Source of the DNA: Octopus sinensis
Lineage: Eukaryota
DNA: 64,000 nt
NCBI RefSeq assembly: GCF_006345805.1
Contig: NC_042998.1
Span: forward strand, 165,602,001 to 165,666,000
Reading direction: 5' to 3'
This document shows positions 25,103 through 38,608 of this stretch, piece by piece. Numbering within the stretch: position 1 is the stretch's first letter; each line of letters opens with the position of its first letter. A model generated the notes under the pieces. The model did no database searches and was not told where the DNA came from. It saw nothing but the letters and a program-made list of their open reading frames with translations. The position numbers were made by a program, and so were the translations under genes.

Positions 25103-25913
25103 CAACAACATCAGTAACTATAGTATTTCTTGACGTCGTCGTTGCTTACCTCTTGGTCAGTCTTGATAGAACAGATCTATAACAAAAGGCAACCCATCCG
25201 TGACCATTGTGTCTGTCTAACCACGAATATATTGTCTGCTACTTCCTTCCCTTTTCAAGGCTCTTGGTTATGTGTGTGTGCGTGTGTGTTTGTGTGTGTG
25301 TGTGTGAGGGAGAGAGAGGGGGAGGGAGGTTATATTTGATTGCTATTTCTAGAAGCTGAACTGACCACGTGAAGCTTCATGCGTTGAAATTTTAGATTTA
25401 TTGGATCGAATGTTAATGAAAGTCTATTGAAATCCATCACTTAATCTTACTTAATTGCTGTGAAACAGAAAGAAGCGACTCTAGACACACCACTTAAGAA
25501 ACCTAAATCTAACTATCTAAGAGACTATGGCCATAAATGAAGGTGGTGAAATCATACAGCCATCAGAATAGCGCGTAGAATGTTTTGCAGCAATCATCCC
25601 GGCTGCTGTATAATAAGATTAAATCCCGTCAAGATCATTTTATCTCTTTTCATTTTGTGGTTGCAAAATAAAGCACTAGCTCTTTGCCTCGATTGTTTCT
25701 TTCTCTCTGTCTTTCTTTCTTTCTCTCCCCCACCCCACCACTTTCCTTTTAACCATGACCACACAGGAAGAGGAATGGGTTCCGAAAGGTTTCAAAATGC
25801 AAAAGACTCACAGTATGCCGCGATAGCATTGCGTTACGTCTCCGTCAGGACTCGAAGTGCCATAGCAAAGCAAGGCAAGTCACAAATAGCCTGGGTAAAT
25901 GAAGATTAAACTA

Positions 25914-26429
25914 CCGTAAATCCTTGGGTATAGTCCGCCCTTGAGTATAATACGCAGGGGATTTTTAAGGGGCTGTACCTCTGAAAAACCTAAACCTTGT
26001 GAATAATACGCACCCCTTCTCTAACTTGAGTTGTGCGTAATTAAGCCATCAGCACCTAGTCGAACAAACACTTCCGTGCATGCGTAATACAATAATGGTG
26101 ATGTTTTTAACTGTTATATGGAAATGTAAATATGTTTGCAAATTGTTTTTGTTACATGTTATTCTGTGTTCTGAATACTTTTATTTTAATAAATGTTGCT
26201 TACTGCAAGTTATGGGTGATTCTTTTATGACTTCATTGCTTTCAGGTTTAGCTTAAGGCCTTTTCGAGCCCGACAAAATGCGTCTGAATAAATATTGCCG
26301 GACAGCAAATAGAGACTCGGACATTGCTTAGGAAATATTTTTCATTTTAACCTTGTATATAGTACGCACTAGAGATTTTGACCTTTAAATTTTGGGAATA
26401 AAATGCGGATTATACTCGAGGATTTACGG
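25914..26429. mobile_element. Tc2/pogo-like MITE (516 bp)
   Basis: TA|CCGTAAATCCTTGGGTATAGTCCGC ... GCGGATTATACTCGAGGATTTACGG|TA, with subterminal repeats of TAATACGCA. Confidence 0.85.
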
Positions 26430-26647
26430 TATTTACTCAAAGTGAGTGTCCTGAAGTTGCATGAACGGGAAGTGAGTTAACATTATTAAACAAACACATA
26501 TACAGGCATAATTGTGTTGCTTCCAGTATAGCGTTTGCTAGCTGAATTGTTGGTTTTGCAAGTAACATACGTGTTTTTTTGTTTTTGTTTCTTTTTTTTG
26601 TTTTTTGTTTTGCTGTCTTAGCGCTGTGACGTTTTCTTTCTTGTTTA

Positions 26648-27921
26648 ATGGAGGGGCGTCGGGTGAGGAGTTGCGAAAATTTGAATTATTCTTCTTCAAA
26701 TTTTGTGAACTATCCTTCTTCAGACTTTGTGTCGTCTGAGAAAGAAATGGTGGAGTGTTTGAAGAGGATAGATGAAGCAATGGAGACGAAAAATTATGCA
26801 GAGGCGACGAAAGAAAGAAGCTGGGGGATATAAGCAAATACAAGGAAATTATTAAAAGGGAGAGGAACGAAGTGAAGATGTTCCCCCACCCCACCCAAAG
26901 AAGTGTTAAAAGAAAAAATGAGAAAACTTTAATTTACAGAACATACTCGGTAGCAGCCAAGAAGATTGAAGTCATGTCAACGGCTCAAGTGGAAAAGGTA
27001 CTTAAACCAATCTGGCAGGGTATTACCTACCTCGCCAGAAGTAGAAAATTTGGAACAGTGGAGGTGCGGTTTCGGAAGGTGGCTACTGCCAGGATGGAAA
27101 CTATCACTGTTGAGAACTGATGAAATGGTGCCTCTACCCGTATAACCTAGGAGACGTGCCCCCAGGGTTAGAGTAGAAGACATACCCCAGAAGTGGATGT
27201 AGCCTGGCTGGTAGCTGCCATACTGCTAGGCATGGAGGAGAAGTGGTGGTCCTCCAGGCCACCAGAATACCCCACAGGAACTGGCAAGGGCAAAGCCTTG
27301 ATCTGGTGGTATAGGTTGCCGTGGAAGATATCGAAAATATGGTGGAAACAATTACGGTCAGAGACGTAACACTGAAAGTCAGAGTGGAAGAGAGGATTCC
27401 GTGGTGCTGAAATGTGGCCTGAAAGGACACATTAGAGTGGATTGTCCTCCACCACCTGTGAAGGCTAAGGAGAGCCAAGAAAGTGAGAAAGTGGCTGGTG
27501 CTCCACAGCCCGTGGAGGTTGAGGAAAAGGAGAGTGAAGCGGCACCACAGACGAAGACCAGATGGACAATGAATGGGAAAGAGCTGGGAGAAAGAGAAGA
27601 AAGAGAAAAAGGGCACACGCTGTAAAGGACGACCCCCATCCCACATCCACTTTACCCCAACCACCCCTTACAGATACCAGCCCTCTCCATGCTCCACCTG
27701 ACATGAAGACAAACACAAGCACACAGGAGTCCCAAATTTCCTCACCTTCGCCCTTGAAAAAACATATTATATCGTACAATGGCGAAAACGAAGAACTATA
27801 TGACAAAATAGACTTATGGGACAATGCTACAAAAGTGGATGTATCAGGAGTGAAGGAGATGCCCAAGTATATTCGTTGTGTAGTGGCAGACACAGAATAT
27901 GTCAGAATTGAAGTACTGTGA
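26648..27921 (+). pseudogene. Decayed ORF1 (gag-like, CCHC zinc knuckle) of a Tx1/L1-type non-LTR retrotransposon
   Basis: Stitched frames give ..KFGTVEVRF..RVRVEDIPPEVDVAWLVAAIL..TLKVRVEERIPWC-KCGLKGHIRVDC (CX2CX4HX4C at 27405-27445, broken by a 1-nt deletion). Clade assignment is inference. Confidence 0.7.
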
Positions 27922-28224
27922 GGAAAATCAAGACTGTAGGTGTTGAGTCAAGAAATTGGTCACCAGCTCAATGCCGAAACAAGTAAGTTTTCAGGATATT
28001 TTAAAAAAATACAATGTAAACATTCTTCGGAAGGATGGTAATAAGCTGTCGTTAAAAAGGTAAAAAAAAAAAAGCATTATAAACTAGTTTTTAAAAAAAG
28101 GTGGTATCAACAGGTACAATGAAGTCGCTCGAAGGTGGAGCCGAACGGTTTCGTTTCATCTTTCATTATATTAATCCATTTTCCCATTCGGTGTCCCCTC
28201 TATGTAAGGCTTTCATAGCCAATT

Positions 28225-28603
28225 TCATAAAATAAAGGAGCTTGCTTCCCAACTACATGGTTCCGGGTTCGGTCCCATTGCGTAGCAGCTTGGGCAAGTG
28301 TCTTCAACTATAGCCGACCAAAGCCTTCTGAGTGGATTTGGTAGACGGAAACTGAAAGAAGCCCGTCGATTTACATTTATGTGTGTCTTTGGGTCTGTGT
28401 TTATCTCCCCCATCACCGTTTGACAACTGGTGTTGTTGTGTTTACCTCCCCGTAATCTTGCGGTTCGGCAAAGAGACCGATATAATAAGTACTAGGCTTA
28501 AAAGATAAATTCTGGAGTCGAATTTTTCGACAAAAACACTTCAAGGTGGTGCTCATGCATGGCCGCAGAAAAATGGCAGAAACAAATAAAAGAATAAAAG
28601 AAG
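28225..28603 (+). mobile_element. SINE A
   Basis: Core plus 3' module. Confidence 0.85.
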
Positions 28604-29144
28604 AATACTATGTATGGGCAACCGGTGATGTTTACATTACTAGAGTTGCTTTTAATTCGTAATTTAATTTTCTTTCGCGTGAACTACGCAGTTACACATC
28701 AGCAAATAGATTTCACTCTTTTGTCACAGAACAGCGATTCATTTCGTTTCGAGATGATCCGATTGCATGCTACTGATAAGCCACAATAATAGCGAAATAT
28801 CGGTATATACCATTGTCGGTGATTCAGAAGCCAGCTGTCTCGCTTTATCTGTGGTTTTTAAATGTTCTTTAACACTCAGTGTCGTGTAGAGAGGTTTCTC
28901 TGGATGCTATCACGCAACAAATTTGGCGCATAAACAAAACTTTTATATACTATGCATGTGCAACCATTAATGTTTATTTGACAATATAATTGATTTTAAA
29001 CTCATAATGTCTTTGTTGAAACAGTGTATTTATCTCAAAATCATAATTATACTGAAAAATAATTCGTTCCTTTAGTCCTGTCCGTGTTTTCCTAAGGATT
29101 TATTTACTTATTTTCATAATTCAATTTGTTACTTTTTACTAATT

Positions 29145-29386
29145 ACTTATTTCAGTCATGGTACTGCAGCCACGCAGAGTGTCGATTTAAATGGTTCAGT
29201 CCAACATATCGTTCCTGAAACTTATTTTTAAATCTGGTAATTATTTTGTTGATCTCTTTTGTCGAAATGTTATCTTACGGAAAATTAAATAACCCAGAAC
29301 CAGCTGTCAAACAATGGTCGTCGTCGTCGTCGTCGTGGTTTTGTTGGTGATGGGAAAACGCAAACGCAAAGACATACATACATGCT

Positions 29387-29444
<58 letters not shown>

Positions 29445-29705
29445 GAGAGAGAGAGAGGCATACATACATACATACATACATACATACATACATAACATAC
29501 ATACATACATACATATACATACATACATACACACACACACATATATTTATATATATACTAGGGCTTCTTTCAGTTTCCATCCACCAAATCCACTCCCAAG
29601 ACTTTGGTCGGCTCGAGGATATAGTAGAAGACACTTGCCCAAGGTGCCGTGCAATAGCCATGTGGCTGAAAAGCAAGCTTCTTACCACACAGCCACGCCT
29701 GCGCC
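29145..29705 (-). mobile_element. SINE A with ~250-bp internal compound microsatellite
   Basis: Head/core at about 29558-29705, diverged 3' module at about 29145-29320. Confidence 0.75.
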
Positions 29706-29712
29706 TCTGTGT

Positions 29713-29755
<43 letters not shown>

Positions 29756-29770
29756 CAGAGAGAGAGAGAG

Positions 29771-29864
<94 letters not shown>
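29771..29864. repeat. (GATA)n microsatellite
   Basis: Perfect tetranucleotide run. Confidence 0.95.
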
Positions 29865-29865
<1 letters not shown>

Positions 29866-30166
29866 TAAAGTTAAAAATGAAAAACCCAAACATCTAGCAT
29901 CACTCGAAAAGACATTTAATGTAGATCGAGAATCCAAATCAAATGTTTTTGTCGAGTGATACCAAATGCTTTGCTTCTTAATTTTCTTTCCTTAATCTAG
30001 ATCTATCTGCTCAAGGAGAAACCACTTTTAGCCACCTCTGATAGACAGTCTTAACATCACACTTTCAGTTGCTGTTCAAACCAGAATTTTAGTGGCAAAC
30101 CAAACTGAGCAATTATGGTACATACCTATTACGTTACGTCAATTAATGAAAACTCCGTATATATTC

Positions 30167-30550
30167 TTTTATTCTTTTACTTGTTTAAGTCATTTGACTG
30201 CGGACATGCTAGACCACCGCCCTGAAGAGATTTTTTTTGTAGTCGAGCAAACCGATCCTAGGACATTTTCTTAAGCCTAGCATTAATGTTACTGGTCTCT
30301 TTGGCCGAACTGCTAGGTTACGGGGTCGTAAACACACCAAGCGGTAATGGAGGGACAAATACAGACAGATACAAAGGCACACACACACATATAGACACAT
30401 ACACACACACACGTATGTATATACACGATGGACTTCTTTATGTTTACGGCTACCAAATCCATTCACAAGGCTTTGGTCGATCCGAGGGTACAGTAACTGA
30501 ATTTTGAACTATGTGGTTAGGAAGCTAGCTTCATACCACACGACCGTGCC
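30167..30550 (-). mobile_element. SINE A, diverged, internal deletion in core
   Basis: Modules recognisable on the minus strand. Confidence 0.8.
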
Positions 30551-30802
30551 TATATGTACGTGTGCGTGCGCGCGCGCGCGTGTGTGTAGGTGCGCATATA
30601 TGGCCGCCAATACTTTTTTCTGCAAAAATAAGGGTAGCTTATCTTGTTCAGGCTATATTATTAGCATCATTCTGCGTTTGAGAATTTAAAATCACATCCT
30701 TAACTTTCTAAGACATCTCAACGCTTCTAAAGCCAACTTCTTTTGTTTGTTTACGTTCATCGTAATTTGAATTTATATATATATATATATATATATATTC
30801 AC

Positions 30803-30990
30803 TAGCTTCTGCACGGATTTTTTTCTTTCCTTGTTTCTTTCCGTGTTTCTTTTCTGTGTATCTTTCTGTTGAAGAGCGTAGGCACGAAACGTAAAAGACT
30901 TGTTTTATTTATATTCCTGAGCGCCATACTAATACAATTGTTTGTTTGTATTCCACCTGCCTTTGTCTTTTGTTTATTTTCATAAAGCTT
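30803..30990 (+). mobile_element. Short dispersed repeat with variant HHR-like motif
   Basis: Near-identical to 10062-10250; motif at 30861-30898; (TA)n tail. Confidence 0.8.
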
Positions 30991-31364
30991 CCCGTTATAT
31001 ATATATATACATACATACATACATACACACATACATGCATACATACATACATACATACATACATACATACATACACATACATACATACATACATACATAC
31101 AATGGTCTACAAAATTCACTCACAAGAAATTGGTCGACTCGTGGCTATAGCAGAAAACGCTTGCTCAAGGTGCTACGCGATGGTACTGAGCCTGAAACCA
31201 CGCTGTTGGAAAGCGAGATTCTTAACTGCACACCCATGTCTATACCTTTTTATCGTTCATTTTAGTGTTGGGTTTTGATTCTGACTTCAAGTCGCTAACT
31301 AAACTTGTATCAACAAAGATGCATGAATTCTGATGATCAGCTCCAAATTGTTATTTATTGATTA

Positions 31365-31761
31365 CTAGCAGTATCGCCCGGTGTTGCTCGGGTTTGTAAG
31401 GGAAATAACTATATAAGCATTTTTAGAGAGTTATAGCCAAAAAATAGCAAAAAAATGCATTAAAGATGGGGAAAAAATGATGGTAATTTTTTTTTAAATC
31501 GTTGACTCATCGTAGACATTTTTAGAGAGTTACTTCCCTTATATAATAGCAAAAAAATGCATTAAAATGGAAAAAAATGATGGTAAATTTTTTTTTAAAT
31601 CGTAGACTCATCGTAGACGCGCGCTAATACCCAGAAGGGCTCGATATGAATCACGACTATAAGATACCCGGTTTTGGTTAAACTGCACCGCAAAATGTGG
31701 GAGTAGTTAGGAATCTAAATCGTAGGAGATAGACACACAACTTCACTTTTATATATAAAGA
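31365..31761 (-). mobile_element. Non-autonomous Helitron (397 bp) with ~100-bp internal duplication
   Basis: Same family as 20426-20723; A|TC and CTAG|T termini on the minus strand. Confidence 0.9.
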
Positions 31762-32161
31762 TTTATTTACTTATTTACTTACTTATTATCCATGCTTCGA
31801 CACTAAACAATTTTATCATTAAGTAATTCTTATATCTCGGTATATTAAATGTAAAAGTTATTGCCCTTGGTCACTAAATGTAAAAGTTATCTCCCTTAGA
31901 TCAAGTATGAAAGAGGGTAATTGGGCTGAATTGCTATAAAGATCGTCAAAATATTTTGTCACGTTGTCTTATATTGTAAGTTCAAAACTTGCTTTGGTCT
32001 TGACAAGGGGTCCGGAACCATTTTTTATGTATGTACCCTTTTGAATACTATTTTACTCTGGTGAAACTCCATTGCAATTCAAACTAGTTTTATAGAAGCT
32101 TCATTCAAAATTCCTAATTTGTTTTCCACACGATACCAATACATACATCTAAAGCAGATTA

Positions 32162-32277
32162 TCAGGGGCTCTTCAAATACTATTGTGGATCCCCTATTTA
32201 CTATTTTGCTGCGTGGAGCCCCAAAAATATTATATGGAGCCTTAAGGGGCATATGGACCTCGGTTGAAAACTACTGG
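32162..32277. mobile_element. Short hAT-like MITE
   Basis: CAGGGGCTCTTCAA ... TTGAAAACTACTG imperfect termini; shares ATATGGAGCCTTAAGGGGCATATGGACC with 24415-24573. Confidence 0.55.
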
Positions 32278-32446
32278 TCTTGACGATAGTTTCCATCCTT
32301 CTGCTATTGATTGCATAATGTATACATACATACATACATACATACGTACATACATACATACATACGTACGTACATGCATACATACATACATACATGCATA
32401 CATACATACATACATAAATACATACATACATACATACATACATACA

Positions 32447-32478
<32 letters not shown>

Positions 32479-33188
32479 CACACGCTCGAAATAAGTAGAT
32501 AGACAGCCGAAAACAGATGAAAGGTCCTTTCTGTTTACTTGTCCTGTTTTCCGTTTTTTCTCGTTGCTTACGTATTTAACTCGTTTGTTTACGTATTTCA
32601 TGTTATTTGCACCGTTGGTGACGTCCTGTACCCATATATGCTTGTGTGTGTGAATATGTAATATATATATATAATATATATATATATTATATATTATATA
32701 TATATATATTATATATATATTCTTTTATTTTATTTGTTTCAGTCATTTGGCTGTGGCCATGCTGGAGCACCGCCTTTAATCGAACAAATCGACCCTATCT
32801 TTCTTTTCCCCACGTGACCATCGTTCTTTTCCTGCACTACGTCCTAAGGACTGAACATCTATCTCTTTCTTCTATCTTTTCTCCTCTCAAAGAAAATATT
32901 TCTCCCGGTGTTCACTATTTTCCCTTCGTTCTAATCAATGTATACAAGGTACTTGGGAATTCAGGTTTGATAATATAGTCTCCAACCCCGTTCTTAAGAA
33001 TGGCAATAATTCGTATTAAATTTCAAAATGGTCTTCTTATTATCGCAGTCCTTATTCCAGTGCATATTAATCCTCCGCTTTACAATTTTGGTAGCGGCTT
33101 CCAAACACTTTGTCATTTATTTGTGTGGTGGGAGTAGGTAAAACGCCAAATTCTAAAGTTATACAGATGTATGCACAAGCATACGCAC

Positions 33189-33247
<59 letters not shown>

Positions 33248-33377
33248 CTGGGTCAGTTATACTTTTCACACACAGGCACCTCGTACTACATCATGCAAAC
33301 GATCGTCCGACTGATCGGCGTATAGCCGCGCACAGAAATGTTCCGGACCTCGGAGCTTCTGCTTCTCTCTCTCTCTC

Positions 33378-33415
<38 letters not shown>

Positions 33416-33641
33416 CTGAATCCCCTTCTCTCGCTCCCCTGACGCTACTATAATAGCCTCTGTTCCCTGGAATTGGCCTGTCTTATGCCACCCTCTCTCA
33501 GGTACCCCCGTTCCAGCCTTCACCTCTCCTTTCATAAACTGTTTTTGTACCCACCCACCCCAATCTCTCACTATTCACCACGTTCAGTCTTTTTGTAGAA
33601 CTCGGTCTTGTGTCTGTCTGTATGATCGTGCGTGTGTACGC

Positions 33642-33673
<32 letters not shown>

Positions 33674-33858
33674 ATGTATGTATGTATGTATGTATGTATG
33701 TATGTATGTATGTATGTATGTTGTGTGTGTGTGTGTGTGTGTGTGTGAGTATGTGTGTGTGTGCGCGCACGCGTGTGTCTTTATGTGTATGCGTGTGTGT
33801 ACAAACGTTCATACATACATATATATTTATATGTGATTATACATATGTGATCATGTAC

Positions 33859-33919
<61 letters not shown>

Positions 33920-34719
33920 CAAAACTATAAAACCGGTTGTTTTTTTTTAAAGTTATTTAGAAATTTAGCTCTGTATTTAAGTGGACTAATAATATATTGT
34001 AAATGGATATTTCGTTAATACTTTGAAATGTAAACCTTGTTCGTTTATTCTTTTCTACTCTAGACTACCTTACTTTGTCTACGTTCCTAACTTTGCAGTT
34101 CTGCGAAAGAGAACGATAGAATTAATGCCAGAGTTAAAATATAAACTGTTGGTCTGACTTGTTCGATTGAACACTTCAAGGCAGTAACTCAGCATGGTCG
34201 CACTCCAATGGCTAAAACGAGTAAAAGATAAAACTAAAAGAAAGATGATCATTTGTGCATTCTTTATACTACTATAATTGCCCCTGCTCCCAAGAGTTAA
34301 CAGAGCTTATGCTATCCCCACTGACCTGCTCCCATCGTAATACTTGCCTTGACTTACACAACTGTTTTTTTCTTTTTTTGCTTTGTTTTTTTTTTTTTGC
34401 TTTTTTTGCTTTTGTTCAACACTCTCGCAATCACTCCCTAAACATCATGTTCGAACCTTCTGTGAAATGTCTGCGCTTTCATATGCTCCCTTTCTGCATA
34501 TATTTCACGCAGGTGCTGACTGACAACGATTCAAGTGCAACATTAACTGTAAACAAATTTACCGTTATCGAAGGTCCTGCAAAAGCCATTGGTTCAACCC
34601 ATTCCAAGAGGAATATTAATGCTATCAAACTGACCGGTTTCGGATGGCTGCAAACCTCATAGGCAATACGTCTTTCTTTCTCCAGATCCGCTAAGTAACA
34701 AAATAATAATGGTTTCAAA

Positions 34720-35135
34720 TTTTGGCCAGCAATTTCGGGGAGGTCGATTACATTACCTCAGTACTCAGTGGTACTTATTTCATCGACCCGAAAGGATGAA
34801 AAGCAAAGTTGACCTCGACAGAATTTGAACTTAGAACGTAAAGACGGACGAAATACTGCTAAACATTTTGCCCGGCGTGCTAATGATTCTGCCAGCTCAC
34901 GACCTTAAAGTAACATAATAATCCTTTCTACTAAAGACACAAGGCCTGAAATTTTGGAGGACGGGACTAGTCGATTACATCGACCCCAGTGTTTCACTGG
35001 TACTTGATTTATTAACCCCGAAAGGAAGAACAGCAAAGTTGACCTCGGCGGAATTTGAACTCAGGACGTAAAGACGGACGAAATGACGCTAAACATTTTG
35101 CTCAGCGTGCTAACGATTCTGCTAGCTTACCGCCC
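34720..35135 (-). mobile_element. Two tandem SINE B (B2 tail) copies
   Basis: About 34720-34905 and 34922-35135. Confidence 0.9.
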
Positions 35136-36234
35136 ATAATAAAATTAAAATATTTATTTTTGACTTTTGTATAATTCCATAAATAATGTGTAGCAATATT
35201 CGATTATGTCGATCACTAATTCGTTGCTGTAACTTGATTTTAATCGATACCAGAAAGGTAAAGCCAAGTGACTAGGCACTGTATCTCTCGTGATTCAAGC
35301 CTAATTGCCACCCACGAAAAACCTTTTGGTTAATATTCGATGTAAGGGAAATTACTTCTACAGTTAACAAGGCAAGGGAAATAACTGTTTTTTAGCGATA
35401 AACTGGAAAGTTTTTGAGTGCCGCTTCGAAACAAAAAAACAATTGCGAGCCGATTAGGAGACTTCCTGCATTCACTGTTGTCACAAATTTAGTGATATAA
35501 AATGAATTGTATTTAAATATTCAAGTTTGAATATTGTTTTTGAAGAAAATTCTCGAATCTAAAACAACATTATAAATAAATATGTAATAAATAAGAAATA
35601 GAATCATACGAAAATAGAAAGGAATATAAAAAAAACACACATTATTTTCAGTATGATTATGATAATGTGACAGGTTTCAAGAAAGGAGATGTGGGCATCT
35701 AATCCCTTATACAGTTACTTGTATATTTTAATGAAAGGAACATAGGGTTTGCACAATTTCTGTTTATTCAACAGGTGAACAATCACTTTGTATAAACGGT
35801 TTAATCTTCGTATTTAAGAAACAAGAAAGTAATATTTCGAACGCAGTATATCCGTGAAAACAGCAGAGAGGTTGGATATTTTACCTTTATATGATGGAAA
35901 AATATGTCAGCAGACAGTCACGTGGTTGTCTATTGGCCACTTTTTCTGTCTCATAAGAGTCAAAATACCCAATCTTTCTACTGTTTTCACAGCTATTCTG
36001 TATTCAAAACTATTTTCTTGTCTCTAAAATACAAAACACATTCGACGCTTCCAAAGTTTGCTTACAAAATATTGTTTAATCTTCGTTTACCCCTTTGTCT
36101 TTACTTTTTACTCATTTCAGTCATTGAACTGCAGCCATATTGGGCACCACCTTGAAAAATTTAGAGGAACAAGTCAAACCAGAGCTTATTTTCAAATCTG
36201 GTATGTATTCTATCCGTACATATATACTTACACA

Positions 36235-36702
36235 GGCGTGGCTGTGTGGTAAGAAACCTGCTCCCCAAACACCTGGTTACAGGTTCAGTCCCACTGCCTG
36301 GCATCTATATACTATCTACTATAGCCTCGAATCGACCGAAGCCTATAGCGCAGGAGTGGCTGTGTGGTAAGTAGCTTGTTTACCAACCGCATGGTTCCGG
36401 GTTCAGTCCCACTGCGTGGCACTTTGGGCAAGTGCCTTCTACTATAGCCTCGGGCCGACCAAAGCCTTGTGAGTGGATTTGGTAGACGGAAACTGAAAGA
36501 AGCCTGTCGTATATATGTATATATATGTATGTGTGTGTTTGTGTGTCTGTGTTTGTCCCCCTAGCATTGCTTGACAACCGATGCTGGTGTGTTTACGTCC
36601 CCGTTACTTAGCGGTTCGGCAAAAGAGACCGATAGAATAAGTACTGGGCTTACAAAGAATAAGTTCCGGGGTCGATTTGCTCGACTAAAGGCGGTGCTTC
36701 AG
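36235..36702 (+). mobile_element. Partial SINE A head (36235-36340) followed by a 3'-truncated SINE A (36348-36702)
   Basis: Two A-box heads in tandem. Confidence 0.85.
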
Positions 36703-37179
36703 ATCGGATCATTAGTAATATATTTAAAAGGAAAGGTGTTTCTCTGTATGTCCTGTTACGCATACCCAGTGATACACATTAACCGGTTATAACGTTTTCC
36801 AGACCGGAGTACATATTTATGCGCATGCCCGAAGACAAAAATTACCGTCAACGTTATTTGAAATTTTTATTTCGTTTCAATCTTACGATCTATTCATACA
36901 ATTTGATTTGCTTTTGTGATATAAGGCATCTAGAAATATTTATTGCATAGTGTTTACTCTATGTCGGATATTACGAATATGCAAAAAAAACCTTTTCAAA
37001 TTTCACCCACCCATCCACCCCATAAAAATTTTGATTTTGTTTACTTTAAAAAGATTATAGCGAATTGACGAACATATGCAAATCGAAATTAAATATAGAC
37101 AAACACATTAAAGGGTAAAGAATTTGCGCTTTATTTATGTTTGCCTTAAATAATCGCAAATAATAATTAAAAGTAAATT

Positions 37180-37633
37180 ACCCCACCCCCAGTGGCTAGC
37201 CACATTCAGATGGCTAGTACACTTTACATTGTCGAGCGGTTACTGTTTATATCTCGTTCAGAGATTTATTAATGCTTTCAGACAGTTTTTCTAAATCAGT
37301 GACTGTGGTTGCTGTGAAAAACGTTAAATATTATTATTTGCAAAGGTCTCCTTCATCGAAAACCGGTGTTTACCATGCGTTGACGAGAGGCAATTACCTT
37401 GAAACTATAGTCCATATGTATCACTTAGGTTTTCGAGGGAGGATGACCTCCCTTTGCAAATAACACAAGGGCACTGAAATTTTGTGTCTAAGGCCAGCTG
37501 GTGACGTTGATCTCCTGGGGCTAGAAGCATCAGTAACACCCCACCCCCAGTGGCTAGCCACATTCAGATGGCTAGTACACTTTACGTTGTCGAGCGGTTA
37601 CTGTTTATATCTCGTTCAGAGATTTATTAATGC
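37180..37633 (+). mobile_element. Non-LTR retrozyme-like unit (358-nt period, 96-bp terminal direct repeats) with HHR
   Basis: 37180-37275 matches 37538-37633 with one mismatch; HHR at 37374-37418 enclosed by extra stems. Confidence 0.75.
37374..37418 (+). ncRNA. Type I hammerhead ribozyme motif (C3U)
   Basis: CAUGCG-UUGACGA-GAGG(CAAUUA)CCUU-GAAA-C(UAUA)GU-C/CAUAUG. Stem I pairs 5/6, stem II is 4 bp, stem III is the palindrome ACUAUAGU, and the predicted GUC cleavage is after 37412. Confidence 0.8.
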
Positions 37634-37848
37634 CTAAATATATACTATTTTATGAGAAACAAGCATAAATATTTTAATAATTACTGTTATAAAGTTTAAT
37701 AAGGGGCTCAAATTTCGACCCTCTCCCCCAATTTTAAATTTTGAACTTTATCATCCATTTATTTATTTGTCTGTCTATCTATTTATCCTTATTCGTTTAT
37801 TCATATCTATCTATCCATCTATCCCTATCCGTTTATTCATATATATAT

Positions 37849-38054
37849 ACTCTTTTACTTGTTTCAGTCATTTAACTGCGGCCATGCTGGTTTAGTCGAG
37901 AAAATCGACCCCGGACTTATTCTTTGTAAGCCCAATACTTATTCTATCGGTCACTTTTGCCGAACCACTAAGTGATGGTTAGGTAAACACACCAGCATCG
38001 GTTGTCAAGCAATGCTAAGGGGACAAACACAGGCACACAAACATACACACACAT

Positions 38055-38143
<89 letters not shown>

Positions 38144-38173
38144 ATATATATATATTATATATATATATAATAT

Positions 38174-38207
<34 letters not shown>

Positions 38208-38376
38208 CATTTATACGACGGGCTTCTTTCAGTTTCCGTCTACCAAATCCATTCACAAGGCTTTGGTCGGCCCGAGGCTATAGTAGAAGACACTTGCCCA
38301 AGATGCCACACAGTGAGACTGAAACCAGAACCATGTGGTTGGTAAGCAAGCTACGTACCAAACAGCCATTCCTGCG

Positions 38377-38378
<2 letters not shown>
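37849..38378 (-). mobile_element. SINE A with ~180-bp internal (CA)(TA)n
   Basis: All modules on the minus strand. Confidence 0.9.
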
Positions 38379-38428
<50 letters not shown>

Positions 38429-38608
38429 TCTTTATGCATATATCCATATGCTTATTGAATTTATATTTTGAAAACGTGGTTTCTTGCATATTCGGAATCT
38501 CCATGATCGAAAACATAGGAATCCGCTGATAATATAAACCGGAAAGGTCTGATTTTTTGGTGAGTAGGATAACTGTGCTCCTGAATGTCCGAAATTGCTG
38601 TTCTCCGG

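Noticed and set aside
33290-33620. CpG-containing segment as a promoter or first exon
   Set aside because: No TSS, splice or ORF evidence is available from sequence alone.
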